A stretch of DNA of 64,000 nucleotides from Felis catus. Lineage: Eukaryota. The translations under genes were made by a program, and so were the position numbers. Each line of letters opens with the position of its first letter. Within the stretch, counting starts at the first letter, position 1. Below the pieces are notes generated by a model. That model did not search any database, was not told where the DNA came from, and worked only from the letters and a program-made list of their open reading frames with translations. Shown piece by piece: positions 62,921 through 64,000 of this stretch. The stretch lies in assembly GCF_018350175.1 (NCBI RefSeq), contig NC_058382.1, forward strand, positions 52,392,001 to 52,456,000, written 5' to 3'.

Positions 62921-63788
62921 CCCCACTGTCTCCTCACTGAGGCCTCTGGACCCTGCAAGGAAGCCGAAGCAGAGAGACCGTTGTTTTGTTGGGGTTTCTG
63001 GTAATGGTATACAGATAACCAATAATTGGATGATAAAGTGCCCTGACTTCCTATAGAAGTACAGACTTGTGAGGGTAAAAATGGAACGTATAGTGTGTAA
63101 CTCTTCACTTCCTTTTGGTTTCCCCTAGTTTAACCATTTTACAACCTGTCTTCTGGCTTTTTTGTTTTGTTTTTTTTTTCTTTCTGTAGAATAAGAAATA
63201 TGGGCATTAACCATGATGCTGGTTGGAAGGTGAGAAAAGATGGAAAACTCTAGGGTAAAAGGTCTTCCTATTAGAAGTTGGTATTTGCTGGAATTTTCCA
63301 AAAGGATTTCATTGTGTAGGGTGTCTTTTACCTACCTGGAGTCTATGATTATTGGTGAATTCTGTGTTTTTTTCTGTGTGTCACGTACTGTGATAGGTCC
63401 TAGGGTTGCACAAGCAAAATGAAATATGATACCTGCCTTTAATGAGGAAAAATACCTATAGAAAAAGCTTCCAATGCCCAGTAGATACTAGGCACAAAGT
63501 TGAAGGCTAGTGAAGGGTTCCGGTGTGTTAAATCCTCTTATAAACACATCAATGTGTTTGGTATGGAAGACAGATCCAGTATGGTGGTTATGGTCAAAAG
63601 GGTGGAAGAAACACTCTAATTCTCCTATCATTTTCACTGCTCCCTAAATGAGATAAAGAATAAATAGGACTGTCCCAGTTGAGGAGGAGGGAGAGAGGAC
63701 GGCAAACGGGATGTTGGACGTGGAGCATTGAAAGTACACAGAAGCCATGTGATAAGTTGTAGTACTAGGGGTTGGAGAAACATGACCT

Positions 63789-63997
63789 GTGGCCCCTGGG
63801 TGGCTCGGTCGGTAAAGCATCCTGCTGGCTCACGTCATGATCTCACAGTTCATGAGTTCAAGCCCCTCATCGGACTCTGCATCGATGTTGCAGAGCCTGC
63901 TTGGGATTCTATCTCTCCTTCTCTCTGACCCTCCCCCACTTGTTCTCTCTCTGTTTCTGTCTCTCTCAAAATAAATAAACTTAAAAAAAAAAAAAAA
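63789..63997 (+). mobile_element. Can-SINE
   Basis: CCTGGGTGGCTCGGTCGGTAAAGCATCC..GAGTTCAAGCCCC..(CT)n..AAAATAAATAAACTTAAAAAAA. Confidence 0.93.
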
Positions 63998-64000
63998 GAA

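Noticed and set aside
1..64000. CRISPR arrays, operons, rRNA/tRNA/snRNA genes, intact retroviral ORFs
   Set aside because: No repeat-spacer periodicity, structured RNA gene motifs or gag/pol/env similarity seen; the LTRs appear solo

Overview
Mammalian non-coding DNA, very probably from a cat-family (feliform) carnivore. The evidence is 13 tRNA-derived Can-SINE (SINEC_Fc-type) copies on a background of old eutherian repeats (MIR, L2, L1M, MLT1/MLT2 and MER21-like LTRs, MER20/MER5/MER58 DNA transposons). I find no recognisable protein-coding gene, RNA gene or CRISPR-like array. The long ORFs at 13.7-15.3 kb are artefacts of a ~1.3 kb stop-free (TTCC/TCCC)n tract, and the only ORF with protein similarity is a decayed L1 ORF2 C-terminus at 47.7 kb. 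Between repeats lie about a dozen repeat-free, AT-rich blocks dense in TAAT/ATTA motifs that look like conserved developmental enhancers. SINEs and LTRs are mostly on the minus strand, which suggests the window lies inside a very long intron of a + strand gene. The most unusual local structures are the polypyrimidine tract with an internal ~270 bp duplication and CpG-rich flanks, a closely spaced inverted SINE pair, a 28-bp-arm hairpin in a TA/GA tract, and short duplications inside putative enhancers. I cannot name the locus and see no convincing novel coding system. Repeat subfamilies were recognised by eye from remembered consensus sequences, and old-repeat boundaries are approximate.
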